This document shows positions 41,288 to 49,082 of a DNA stretch of 64,000 nucleotides, in pieces (positions within the stretch are counted from its first letter, which is position 1; every line of letters starts with the position of its first letter). The position numbers and the translations under genes were made by a program. Source of the DNA: an uncultured Methanomicrobiales archaeon (GTDB taxonomy: Archaea > Halobacteriota > Methanomicrobia > Methanomicrobiales > JACTUA01); assembly GCA_964551875.1 (NCBI GenBank), contig CAZKEV010000002.1:16047-80046 (forward strand), read 5' to 3'. The notes under the pieces were generated by a model that did not search any database, had not been told where the DNA came from, and worked only from the letters and a program-made list of their open reading frames with translations.

Positions 41288-41372
41288 CAGGCAAGACGCC
41301 GAGTGACCGGCGAGACGCGGTGAAGAAGCCCCAGAGGTGAACGGGGCATGCTCGGGTGGAAAGGATCGAACG

Positions 41373-42791
41373 ATGGACGGCGGAGTTATCATCAAGCGCA
41401 AGAGGGCGCAGGGGCCATTCAGCATCAACTACGGTCCCTACGTCGTTGATGGGAGAATTTCGGACGGGGCGGCACGGACCCTCGATCTCCTGGACATCCT
41501 TTGCGGGGCGGACGAGGAGGGAAACCATAGCTGCGGCTTGATCGCCCGGCTGAGGCATACCACCACCAGAACCATCGAGAGGCACCTTGACGAGCTGAAA
41601 ACGGTGGGCCTCATTGCCGTCGAGTACCGCCAAGGGCAAACCAACGTGGTCACCATCCTCGACCCGGTTGAGGTGTACGGAGACGAGGCGATCCGGAACT
41701 TCTACCGGCTGTTCGTGCGGCGGGAGACCCCCGAAAAAAACTTCGGGGGTGGGACCCCCGACAAAAATGTCGGGGGTACCTACGACAAAAATGTCGGGGG
41801 GACCCCCGACAAAAATGTCGGACAGAACAGAGGGGGGGGAAACAGAGTAAAGAAAACAGAGCCCTACGGGGCGTTGTCGCCCGAGGCGACACCGCTTCTC
41901 GTGCTCAAGACAGCTGAAAAGAAGAGGGAGAAAGAAGCAGAGGATAAAGCCAAAGCCAAAGGCATCGCCTTCGAGAAAGAAATTCATTCAAACGCTGCAT
42001 CTTCTGAAATCGCTTCAGAAGCCGCTGGTTGCCCCCAGGACGCGTCGCCTCCCAAGGGCAACCCGGCCCAGCGGGGAGGGGGGGCACCCCCGGCAACGGC
42101 GGCAAGCCGTCCCGGTTCCCGCCCCGTTTCCCACGATGACGCAGATCCCATCTTCGCCCCCTTCCACCCGGAGGAAGAAATGGTTCCGCAAACGCTTTGC
42201 GCTGCTCCCTTCAAGAGCGAGAGGTCGGGGGGGCAGATCCTGATTCCAGGAAGTGACGACGAGGACGATGGTCGGATTTCCAAGAAGCCGAAGAAGAGGG
42301 GGATGTACGACCCGGAGAAGGCCCCGGCGGAGTGGAACACGAACGACGCCATCGGGTACTTCCGCAAGATGTACCAGAAGGCGTGGCCGGGGGAGGGAGC
42401 GCCGGACGTCGGGGTGAAGGACGCCGCTGCCGTGAAGGGGCGGCTCGCCTGGCTCAAGGCGGAGGGCACCGGGGCGGGCATGATGAAGCGGGCCATTGAC
42501 CACCTGTTCGCGGGGTGGAGCGATGGTTTGCCTTCTCGGATGAAGTGGACGGGGTCGCGTCCGGGGCTGGTCCTCATCGAGAGCACTCGGTGGTTCGAGT
42601 CCCTGGTGCGGGAGGTGCAGGGAGGGGTGGGGGCGAGCGGGAGGGTGGACGAGTGGTCTGGGAACACCCCGGAGGGGAAGGTGCGGGAGGAGAAGTACGC
42701 GAAGAAGGAAGAGATTGTAGCGAGGTTGATCCATGAGGGTGCCAATCTGGAAACCGCAGAGCGTGAAGCGCGCCGACTGGCTGGATGCTAA
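41373..42791 (+). CDS. Putative replication initiator / replisome organiser (N-terminal winged-HTH; iterons inside the gene)
   Basis: ATG 41373 after GGAAAGGA. LIARLRHTTTRTIERHLDELKTVGLIAVEY is HTH-like. Carries an internal 24-bp iteron array. Followed by a DnaC-like loader gene. Confidence 0.6.
   Translation: MDGGVIIKRKRAQGPFSINYGPYVVDGRISDGAARTLDLLDILCGADEEGNHSCGLIARLRHTTTRTIERHLDELKTVGLIAVEYRQGQTNVVTILDPVEVYGDEAIRNFYRLFVRRETPEKNFGGGTPDKNVGGTYDKNVGGTPDKNVGQNRGGGNRVKKTEPYGALSPEATPLLVLKTAEKKREKEAEDKAKAKGIAFEKEIHSNAASSEIASEAAGCPQDASPPKGNPAQRGGGAPPATAASRPGSRPVSHDDADPIFAPFHPEEEMVPQTLCAAPFKSERSGGQILIPGSDDEDDGRISKKPKKRGMYDPEKAPAEWNTNDAIGYFRKMYQKAWPGEGAPDVGVKDAAAVKGRLAWLKAEGTGAGMMKRAIDHLFAGWSDGLPSRMKWTGSRPGLVLIESTRWFESLVREVQGGVGASGRVDEWSGNTPEGKVREEKYAKKEEIVARLIHEGANLETAEREARRLAGC
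41727..41823 (+). repeat. Four 24-bp palindromic iterons (putative origin of replication)
   Basis: aCCCCCGAaaaaaaCTTCGGGGG, gaCCCCCGACAAAAATGTCGGGGG, taCCTACGACAAAAATGTCGGGGG, gaCCCCCGACAAAAATGTCGGAC. They translate as (G)GTPDKNV repeats. Confidence 0.65.
42187..42201. repeat. Palindrome CGCAAA-CGC-TTTGCG (copy 6)
   Basis: Direct reading; inside the replication initiator gene. Confidence 0.9.
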
Positions 42792-43326
42792 CGTCCCGGA
42801 GGGGAAGTGGGGGGCGAGCCTGGAGGCCCTTCCGGAGAACATCCCCGGAGTCGCGGCCTACCGGCTGAAGATCCAGACGTACCTTGCGGCGATGAAGGAG
42901 AACATCGAGAAGGGGAGGGGGCTCCTTCTCTTCGGCCCCTACCGTTCGGGGAAGTCCTGCCTCGCCGCTCTCTGCTGCAAGGAGGTCCTGGGCCATCGGT
43001 GCAGCGCCTACTGGCTGGAGGCGTTCGAGCTGGTGGATGGGTGGAGGCGGAAGGACGATCGCGCTGCGGGATTCCGAACCGCCCATCTGGTGGTTGTCGA
43101 CGACCTGGGAACGGAGGCGCAGACCGCCGGTGTGGATTGGCCGAGGTCGCTGGTCAAGGAAGCCATGCGGTACCGGCTGGAGAGGCTGATGCCGGTTGTC
43201 GTCACGACGAACATGATGCCCGAAGAGGTGCAGAAGGTCTACGGCGACAAGTTCGTCGCGCTGATCGACGAATACCTGACGCCGATCATGATCAAGGGTG
43301 CCGAGGGGCGCTGGAAGGCGAAGTAG
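42733..43326 (+). CDS. DnaC/IstB-like AAA+ helicase loader
   Basis: Walker A LLLFGPYRSGKSCL and Walker B HLVVVDDLGTE. 197 aa. Overlaps the initiator's 3' end by 59 nt. Confidence 0.7.
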   Translation: MRVPIWKPQSVKRADWLDANVPEGKWGASLEALPENIPGVAAYRLKIQTYLAAMKENIEKGRGLLLFGPYRSGKSCLAALCCKEVLGHRCSAYWLEAFELVDGWRRKDDRAAGFRTAHLVVVDDLGTEAQTAGVDWPRSLVKEAMRYRLERLMPVVVTTNMMPEEVQKVYGDKFVALIDEYLTPIMIKGAEGRWKAK

Positions 43327-43554
43327 ATGGGTACGACGCTAATCGGCGAGGAGGATGGGGCGTTCAAGACGGCCCACATGCCTCTTTCTCTTGCGGACAT
43401 CCAGAAGATGATCATCAAGCTGAACAACCTTCTGGAAGCCGTCGCCTTGAACCACATGAGGGGGCCGGATGGCAAGTGCCTTCCCGAGTGCTGGTCTTGC
43501 AAGGTCGAGGATTCCATGCGATCCCTCGCGGTCGCCAAGAAGATGGAGGGGTAA
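43327..43554 (+). CDS. Small CWSCK-motif protein, paralogue 1
   Basis: 75 aa. LNNLLEAVALNHMRGPDGKCLPECWSCKVEDSMRSL. Confidence 0.5.
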   Translation: MGTTLIGEEDGAFKTAHMPLSLADIQKMIIKLNNLLEAVALNHMRGPDGKCLPECWSCKVEDSMRSLAVAKKMEG

Positions 43555-43555
43555 C

Positions 43556-43828
43556 GTGGCAGAGGATTTCGATGAATCAAAGTGGGGGCATACCATGGCC
43601 CCGCCGTTCTCTTCTACCAATCCTGAACTGGAAATCGACGGGGTGGGAGTCGGGGCGATTCTTCGGGATCTTCTGGTGAAGATGGACATTCTGATCGAGG
43701 CCATCATGACGACCCACCAGGTGGGGCTGGACGGCAAGTGCAGGGAGGACTGCTGGTCTTGCAAACTGCAGGAGACCATGCGGGGGATCCGCGTGGCCAG
43801 GAAATTGGGATCCATGGACAAGGGGTAG
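43556..43828 (+). CDS. Small CWSCK-motif protein, paralogue 2
   Basis: GTG 2 nt after the upstream TAA. MDILIEAIMTTHQVGLDGKCREDCWSCKLQETMRGI aligns with paralogue 1. Confidence 0.5.
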   Translation: MAEDFDESKWGHTMAPPFSSTNPELEIDGVGVGAILRDLLVKMDILIEAIMTTHQVGLDGKCREDCWSCKLQETMRGIRVARKLGSMDKG

Positions 43829-43830
43829 CG

Positions 43831-44178
43831 ATGGCCAAGAAAAAATCCAAGGGCGAGTTCATGTTTATTCCGCCGCCTCCGGATGCTTGCCAAGAATGCG
43901 CCGTGAAGCATTCTCCGGAGCAGCCCCACAACCGGGATTCCATTTTCTATCAGATGAAATTTCAAGCCGCGCACGGACGGCCTCCGCAGTGGAGCGACGC
44001 GGTTGCTCACTGCACGTCCGAGGTGCAGGCATTCTGGAAGGAGGAACTCGAAAAGATTGGGGCCTGGTCGGAGCCGGTCGAGCGCTTGGTCCCCAAGACA
44101 AGGTGGCCCGCAAGATCGGTGGGTTCCCGGTGCATTCGGAAAAGGATCGGAAGGTTGAGGTCATGTTCGCGGGTATGA
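43831..44178 (+). CDS. Hypothetical protein; 3' end of uncertain frame
   Basis: ATG 43831. The N-terminal ~85 aa look genuine (CQECAVKH...). The last ~30 aa are Arg-rich, while the overlapping frame reads better. Confidence 0.4.
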   Translation: MAKKKSKGEFMFIPPPPDACQECAVKHSPEQPHNRDSIFYQMKFQAAHGRPPQWSDAVAHCTSEVQAFWKEELEKIGAWSEPVERLVPKTRWPARSVGSRCIRKRIGRLRSCSRV

Positions 44179-44270
44179 CCGAGATTGACCTGGGTAAAAA
44201 GCGGAAGTTCGCCAAGGGAAACGAGAAGATCGACGTCGGCGTCATGATGATAAAAAAGGAGGACAAGTGA
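44103..44270 (+). CDS. Possible small ORF or frameshifted continuation of the previous gene
   Basis: GTG 44103. VARKIGGFPVHSEKDRKVEVMFAGMTEIDLGKKRKFAKGNEKIDVGVMMIKKEDK has normal composition. Confidence 0.3.
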   Translation: MARKIGGFPVHSEKDRKVEVMFAGMTEIDLGKKRKFAKGNEKIDVGVMMIKKEDK

Positions 44271-44345
44271 CGAGAAGGATTCGGCTCGCGTCGCTTCTAT
44301 GAGGTTGGCATGAAAACCACGGTCTCGAAGTCAAGGAGTAGAACC

Positions 44346-47015
44346 ATGAGCCGCAAAGGCTTGACCATTGAACCCATTTTCTGCAAGGGAGGGGATCCCT
44401 ACGCGGACATCGAGTGGAACAAGCGCACGATCGAAACGAAGGAGGAAGACAAGGTCGTCAAGTTGGAGGTGGAGGCACCGAAGGATTGGAGCGACAACGC
44501 CGTCTCGACGATGGCGACCAAGTACTTCCGGGGGGTGATTGGGACTCCGACGAGGGAGTGCTCGTCGAAGCAGTTGTTCAATCGCGTCATGGACGAGATG
44601 GTTCGTCAGGGAATCGCGAGGGGCTTCTTCGACAAGGACAACGGAAGAAACTTCGGGAACGACATGAAGTGGCTGCTCACCCGGCGGAAGTACTCCTTCA
44701 ACAGCCCCGTCTACTTCAACGTGGGCGCGGAGAAGGATCCGCAGGGGGCGGCCTGCTTCATCCTGGTGATCCAGGACGACCTGCGGAGCATCAGCGAGGC
44801 CCAGCGCGTGATGATCGTCATCTTCTCCAACGGGTCGGGATCGGGATTCAACCTGTCGGCTCTACGCGAGGCGGGGGCCTCCTTGTCCAGGGGTGGGGTC
44901 GCCTCGGGACCGAACACCTTCCTGCGGGGCTACAATGCCTGGGGGGGCATCATCAAGTCGGGCGGGGTCCAGCGGCGGGCAGCGATGCTGGCCCGACTGG
45001 ATGACCGGCACCCGGACGTCTACAACGGGAGCGACGGGGGGGACTTCATCAGCCTGAAGGCGAAGGAGGAGAAGAAGGCCCGAGCCCTGGTGAAGAAGGG
45101 ATTCACCGTCGAGGAGGCGTACGCGACGGTGGCCTGCCAGAACGCGAATCTTTCCGTCGGCCTTTCGGACGCTTTCATGCGGGCCGCGCTGGAGGGGAAG
45201 GACTGGCCCCTGAAGTCCGTGGTTGGAGGCAGGGTCATTCGGACCGTCAAGGCGTCTGAGATGCTGGACGCCATTGCCAAGAACGCGCTCTATTGCGGGG
45301 ATCCGGGGGCGCAGTTCGATGACACCATGAACCGCTGGAACCCCCTTATCAAGATCGCCAGGATTCTCTGCACGAACCCCTGCGTCGAGTTCTGCTGCAT
45401 CGTGAACACGGCGTGCAACCTGGCCTCGCTCAACCTCGCGTCCTTCTACGACCACGTCACGGGTTTCAATGATGAGGAGTTCGAGGCAGCGGTGAGGCTT
45501 TCGATCATCGCCCAGGACATCTTGGTCGACATGTGCGGGTATCCCACGGAGGAGATCACGAAGAACAGCCGCGCCTACCGTCCGCTGGGCCTCGGGTTTT
45601 CCAACCTGGGTGGCTTGTTCATGAAGATGGGGATCCCCTACGACAGCGACGCGGCGAGGACGTGGGCCTCGTTGATTACCTCTCGCATGACGGCGACCGC
45701 CTACATCGCGTCGTCCGAGCTCGCCAAGGTGGTCGGGCCGTTCACGGGTTTCGAGGAGAACAAGAAGGGGGTCCTTTCCGTCCTGAAGCAGCACCGGACG
45801 AAGTTCGCGGGGGTGATGGATCAGTTCGGGACGCTCGTTCCCGGCCTGGACAAGGTGGAGGACCTCTGGGAGAAGGCGTACACGGCAGCAGCGAAGCACG
45901 GGGTCCGCAACTGCCAGGTGACGCTGGTGCCCCCGGCGGGGACCATTTCGCACATGATGGACTGCGCGACGACGGGCATCGAGCCCCTCCTGTACCTCAT
46001 CGCCAAGAAGAAGCTGGTGGGGGGCGGGGAGATGATCCTCCTCAACCCGGCGCTCGGGGAGATGTTCCTCGGTCTCGGCTACACCCCGCAGGAGCGGGAC
46101 ATCCTCATCGAGTACATCAAGGAGAACGGGAACCTGGACGGGTCTCCGATCAAGCCGCAGCACCTCCCGATCTTCGACCCCGTGTACCCGCTCAAATTGG
46201 AGGATCGGCACATTTCGATCCAGGGGCAGATGCTCATGCTGGCGGCAGTGCAGCCGTTCATCAGCGGGGCGATCTCGAAGACGTTCGGACTGCCCCGAAA
46301 CGCTACATCTCAGGAGGTGAGGGACATCATCATCCAGGCGTGGAAGTTGGGATTGAAGGCCGTATCCGTCTACCGCGACGGGAGCAAGATGAGCCAACCG
46401 GTCGTGAACGCCATCGCGGAGAACGGATTGTTGGAGGACGACGAACCTGCCAGGGACAGGCTGCCCAACGACACGGATGCCAAGAAGCACCGGGTCGTGA
46501 TCGGCGGGTCGAAGATGTACATCCTTCCCTCCTTCTACCCCGACGGAAGGATCGGGGAGGTATTCATCAACGGGCTTGGGAAGGATGGCTCGACCCTCAA
46601 GGGTCTGGTGGAGGGGCTGATGACATCCGTTTCCATCGGGCTCCAGTACGGCATCCCGCTGGAGGTGTTCACGGAGAAGTTCGTCGGGACCATCTTCTCG
46701 CCGAGGGGGCTCACGTCGAATCCCAAGATTCCGAGCTGCACCAGCCTCATCGACTACATCTTCAGGTTCCTCGACATGAACTACGGAGAGGGGATCTACG
46801 CCAAACTGGATGACAAGTCCAGGGACGGCGAGGACAAGGCCGAGATTCCGGTCAAGGACATCCACAAGGTCATCAGGAAGATCCGGGCCTCTTCCGGGGA
46901 GGTGTCCACGGGCGAGACCTGCGACAGGTGCGGTTCGCTCGCGGTTCGGCTCGGGCCGTGCAAATACTGCCAGAACCTCTCGTGTCCGGAATCGAAGAAC
47001 GGAATCTGTGGGTAG
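44346..47015 (+). CDS. nrdJ: Ribonucleotide reductase, class II (adenosylcobalamin-dependent)
   Basis: ATG 44346 lies 7 nt after AAGGAG. Motifs FNSPVYFNVG, AACFIL, CTNPCVEF...CNLASLNL, VPPAGTISHMMDCATTGIEP and GAISKTFGLPRNAT...KAVSVYRDGSK. Cys-rich C-terminal tail. Confidence 0.9.
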   Translation: MSRKGLTIEPIFCKGGDPYADIEWNKRTIETKEEDKVVKLEVEAPKDWSDNAVSTMATKYFRGVIGTPTRECSSKQLFNRVMDEMVRQGIARGFFDKDNGRNFGNDMKWLLTRRKYSFNSPVYFNVGAEKDPQGAACFILVIQDDLRSISEAQRVMIVIFSNGSGSGFNLSALREAGASLSRGGVASGPNTFLRGYNAWGGIIKSGGVQRRAAMLARLDDRHPDVYNGSDGGDFISLKAKEEKKARALVKKGFTVEEAYATVACQNANLSVGLSDAFMRAALEGKDWPLKSVVGGRVIRTVKASEMLDAIAKNALYCGDPGAQFDDTMNRWNPLIKIARILCTNPCVEFCCIVNTACNLASLNLASFYDHVTGFNDEEFEAAVRLSIIAQDILVDMCGYPTEEITKNSRAYRPLGLGFSNLGGLFMKMGIPYDSDAARTWASLITSRMTATAYIASSELAKVVGPFTGFEENKKGVLSVLKQHRTKFAGVMDQFGTLVPGLDKVEDLWEKAYTAAAKHGVRNCQVTLVPPAGTISHMMDCATTGIEPLLYLIAKKKLVGGGEMILLNPALGEMFLGLGYTPQERDILIEYIKENGNLDGSPIKPQHLPIFDPVYPLKLEDRHISIQGQMLMLAAVQPFISGAISKTFGLPRNATSQEVRDIIIQAWKLGLKAVSVYRDGSKMSQPVVNAIAENGLLEDDEPARDRLPNDTDAKKHRVVIGGSKMYILPSFYPDGRIGEVFINGLGKDGSTLKGLVEGLMTSVSIGLQYGIPLEVFTEKFVGTIFSPRGLTSNPKIPSCTSLIDYIFRFLDMNYGEGIYAKLDDKSRDGEDKAEIPVKDIHKVIRKIRASSGEVSTGETCDRCGSLAVRLGPCKYCQNLSCPESKNGICG

Positions 47016-47024
47016 GAGGACGCG

Positions 47025-47414
47025 ATGCAAAGGAAGGGGCCATCGAGAAACATGGTGCGGCGGCTGGCGGAGGTTGCCCCAGAGAACCTCGCCAAGGAGA
47101 ACGAGGAGCTGCGAAGGGACAGGGACGCCCTGAAGCAGGCGCTCTCGATGAAGATCGGCGAGCACGTCAGGACGTTGACCCTTGGGAAGAACGACATCTT
47201 GATCCTTAAGCCGCCCGCGACGAATCCCATGATTTCCACCGAGTCGCTCGCGGAGGTCGGGATGGCCATGGCTCAGAGCCTCCGGGCGCGGGCGGGGTGG
47301 GAGGGAACCATCCTCATCGAAGCCGGTGCATTGGTCGAGAGGATGAAGCCGGAGGAGGAGCAGAAGCTCTTCGATGTTCTGAAAAAGAAACGAGGCGACG
47401 GGAATCAGGCTTGA
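47025..47414 (+). CDS. Hypothetical protein
   Basis: ATG after GTAGGAGGA. 129 aa. Its TGA stop is embedded in the -35 of P6. Confidence 0.5.
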   Translation: MQRKGPSRNMVRRLAEVAPENLAKENEELRRDRDALKQALSMKIGEHVRTLTLGKNDILILKPPATNPMISTESLAEVGMAMAQSLRARAGWEGTILIEAGALVERMKPEEEQKLFDVLKKKRGDGNQA

Positions 47415-47438
47415 CAAAAGTAGGGAACTGCATATAGT
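47411..47438 (+). promoter_or_regulatory. Consensus promoter P6
   Basis: GGCTTGACAAAA..N..TATAGT with a 16-nt spacer. Confidence 0.75.
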
Positions 47439-47460
47439 GTAATTAAGATCGGAGGTTCCG

Positions 47461-48837
47461 ATGCCCAGTCTTGATATGTGTCTGGTGATCCATCTTGTGA
47501 GGGGTGGACACCTTCGGGCGGTGCGCGATTCGGGCTTGAAGGAAGAGGCCCTGTTCGACGAAGCGAAGGCAATCTTCCGTTATTCCATGGAGCACTTCGG
47601 GAAGTTCGGGAAGATGCCCGAGCCTGCCACGGTGGAGAACGATCTTCGGGTCACCATTCCCCTGATCTCGGATGTTCCCGAGCCAGTGGATTACTACATC
47701 AGCCGGGTGAAGGAACGGGCGCTCGACAAGATCGTCAAGGACTACACCAAGGAGCAGCTCGCCAAGTCTGATCGGTTGAACGCGAAGGGGGCCGTCCAGC
47801 AGGCCAAGGATCTTCTCTCGGAAGTCGGGAGAATGAGTCTCACGGGGGAGCCCGTCAGCGACTGGACGCTGAGGACGGACGAGCGGTGGGCGGCGTACAA
47901 GGAGGCGGCGCGGTTCAAGGGGATCCTCGGTATCCCGACGCCGTGGCCGAGCGTGAACGACGTCACCCACGGGATTCGCAAGGGAGACTTCTGGTTGATC
48001 GTTGGACGCCCCAGCACGGGGAAAACCTGGTATCTGACGAAGATGGCGATCGGGGCTTGGATCTTCCTCTTCACCGTGAAGTTCAATGAGGACGGGTCCA
48101 TCGCCGAGACGCGGCCCTGTCGGGTCCTCTTCATCTCCCTGGAGATGCTGGACGAGGACATCAAACAGCGGATGGACTCGATCCACTCCCGTTTGCCCTA
48201 TACGGGCATCACGGCGGGGACGTTGGGTATGATCATCGACGACAAGTACAGGGAGCATCTTGAAGCCCTCAAGGGGAAGAATCCCTTGCTGCTGGCTACG
48301 CGGCGGCAGATCCAGGATGTCCGTGACCTCCCCATCGTGATCGAGGAGGTCCGGCCCGACGTGGTGTTCATCGACGGGATCTACAAGCTGCGGATCGGGG
48401 CCGGGAGGTACAAGAGCAACTGGGAGAAGATCACGGACATCGCGGACGAGCTGGACATGATCGCCAAGACCAAGGGAGTACCGATCATTGGGACGACGCA
48501 GTTCAACCGGGGCGCGGTGAAGGTGGGGTCGCCGAAGAAGGGCAAGGGGAAGGCCATTCCGCTCATGGGGCTGGAGAACTTGGCCTTCGCCGATGCCCTG
48601 GGCATGAACCCCGACGTGGTGGTGGGGCTGGTTTCCACGAAGCGCACGAAGGATAACAAGGAGCTGCTGCTTCAGCTCATCAAGAATCGGCGAGGGAAGA
48701 GCGGGATCTGGGTCACGCAATTCGATCCTGACACCGGTTCCTACGACGAGGTCGCCCCCTACGAGGAGGGGGACAGCTACGGCGGGGCCGACGCGGACGA
48801 TGACGACGAAGTGGGTGATACGTCTGTGGGGTATTGA
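47461..48837 (+). CDS. dnaB: DnaB-like replicative DNA helicase
   Basis: Walker A FWLIVGRPSTGKTW, Walker B DVVFIDGIYKL, then PIIGTTQFNRG. 458 aa. Confidence 0.8.
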   Translation: MPSLDMCLVIHLVRGGHLRAVRDSGLKEEALFDEAKAIFRYSMEHFGKFGKMPEPATVENDLRVTIPLISDVPEPVDYYISRVKERALDKIVKDYTKEQLAKSDRLNAKGAVQQAKDLLSEVGRMSLTGEPVSDWTLRTDERWAAYKEAARFKGILGIPTPWPSVNDVTHGIRKGDFWLIVGRPSTGKTWYLTKMAIGAWIFLFTVKFNEDGSIAETRPCRVLFISLEMLDEDIKQRMDSIHSRLPYTGITAGTLGMIIDDKYREHLEALKGKNPLLLATRRQIQDVRDLPIVIEEVRPDVVFIDGIYKLRIGAGRYKSNWEKITDIADELDMIAKTKGVPIIGTTQFNRGAVKVGSPKKGKGKAIPLMGLENLAFADALGMNPDVVVGLVSTKRTKDNKELLLQLIKNRRGKSGIWVTQFDPDTGSYDEVAPYEEGDSYGGADADDDDEVGDTSVGY

Positions 48838-48855
48838 CTGAGGTGATGGCCTTCA

Positions 48856-49080
48856 ATGAACGCGAGCAAACACGAGCCGCCCCCGAAGCCTGGCGAGAAG
48901 CGCGTCCTTGACCTCGTCCTCGCGGATCTAAAGGCGAGGGCCGAGGTGGGGAAGATCAAGTACGGCACCTATCTCATGACGAAGAATGGCAGGGACTCCC
49001 TGATGGATGCTTACCAGGAGGCTCTGGACCTTGTGATGTACCTGCGCCAGGCAATCGAAGAGGCGAAGAAAGGGGATTGA
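48856..49080 (+). CDS. Small hypothetical protein
   Basis: 74 aa. The ARAEVGKIKYGTYL...DSLMDAYQEALDLVMYLRQ pattern is seen in small phage nucleotide-metabolism-associated proteins (weak evidence). Confidence 0.45.
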   Translation: MNASKHEPPPKPGEKRVLDLVLADLKARAEVGKIKYGTYLMTKNGRDSLMDAYQEALDLVMYLRQAIEEAKKGD

Positions 49081-49082
49081 CC

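Noticed and set aside
41086-41340. 84-aa + strand ORF inside the non-coding island.
   Set aside because: Arg/Gly/Pro-rich composition, no RBS, and it reads straight through the T2 terminator hairpin. The region is better explained as structured RNA.
41727-41823. Regularly spaced repeats considered as a mini-CRISPR array.
   Set aside because: The units are contiguous 24-bp palindromes with no unique spacers, lie inside an ORF in frame, and no cas genes are present. Iterons are the better explanation.
44271-44345. Cobalamin riboswitch upstream of the B12-dependent RNR.
   Set aside because: The gap is only about 75 nt and lacks a B12-box-like sequence. That is too short for the aptamer.
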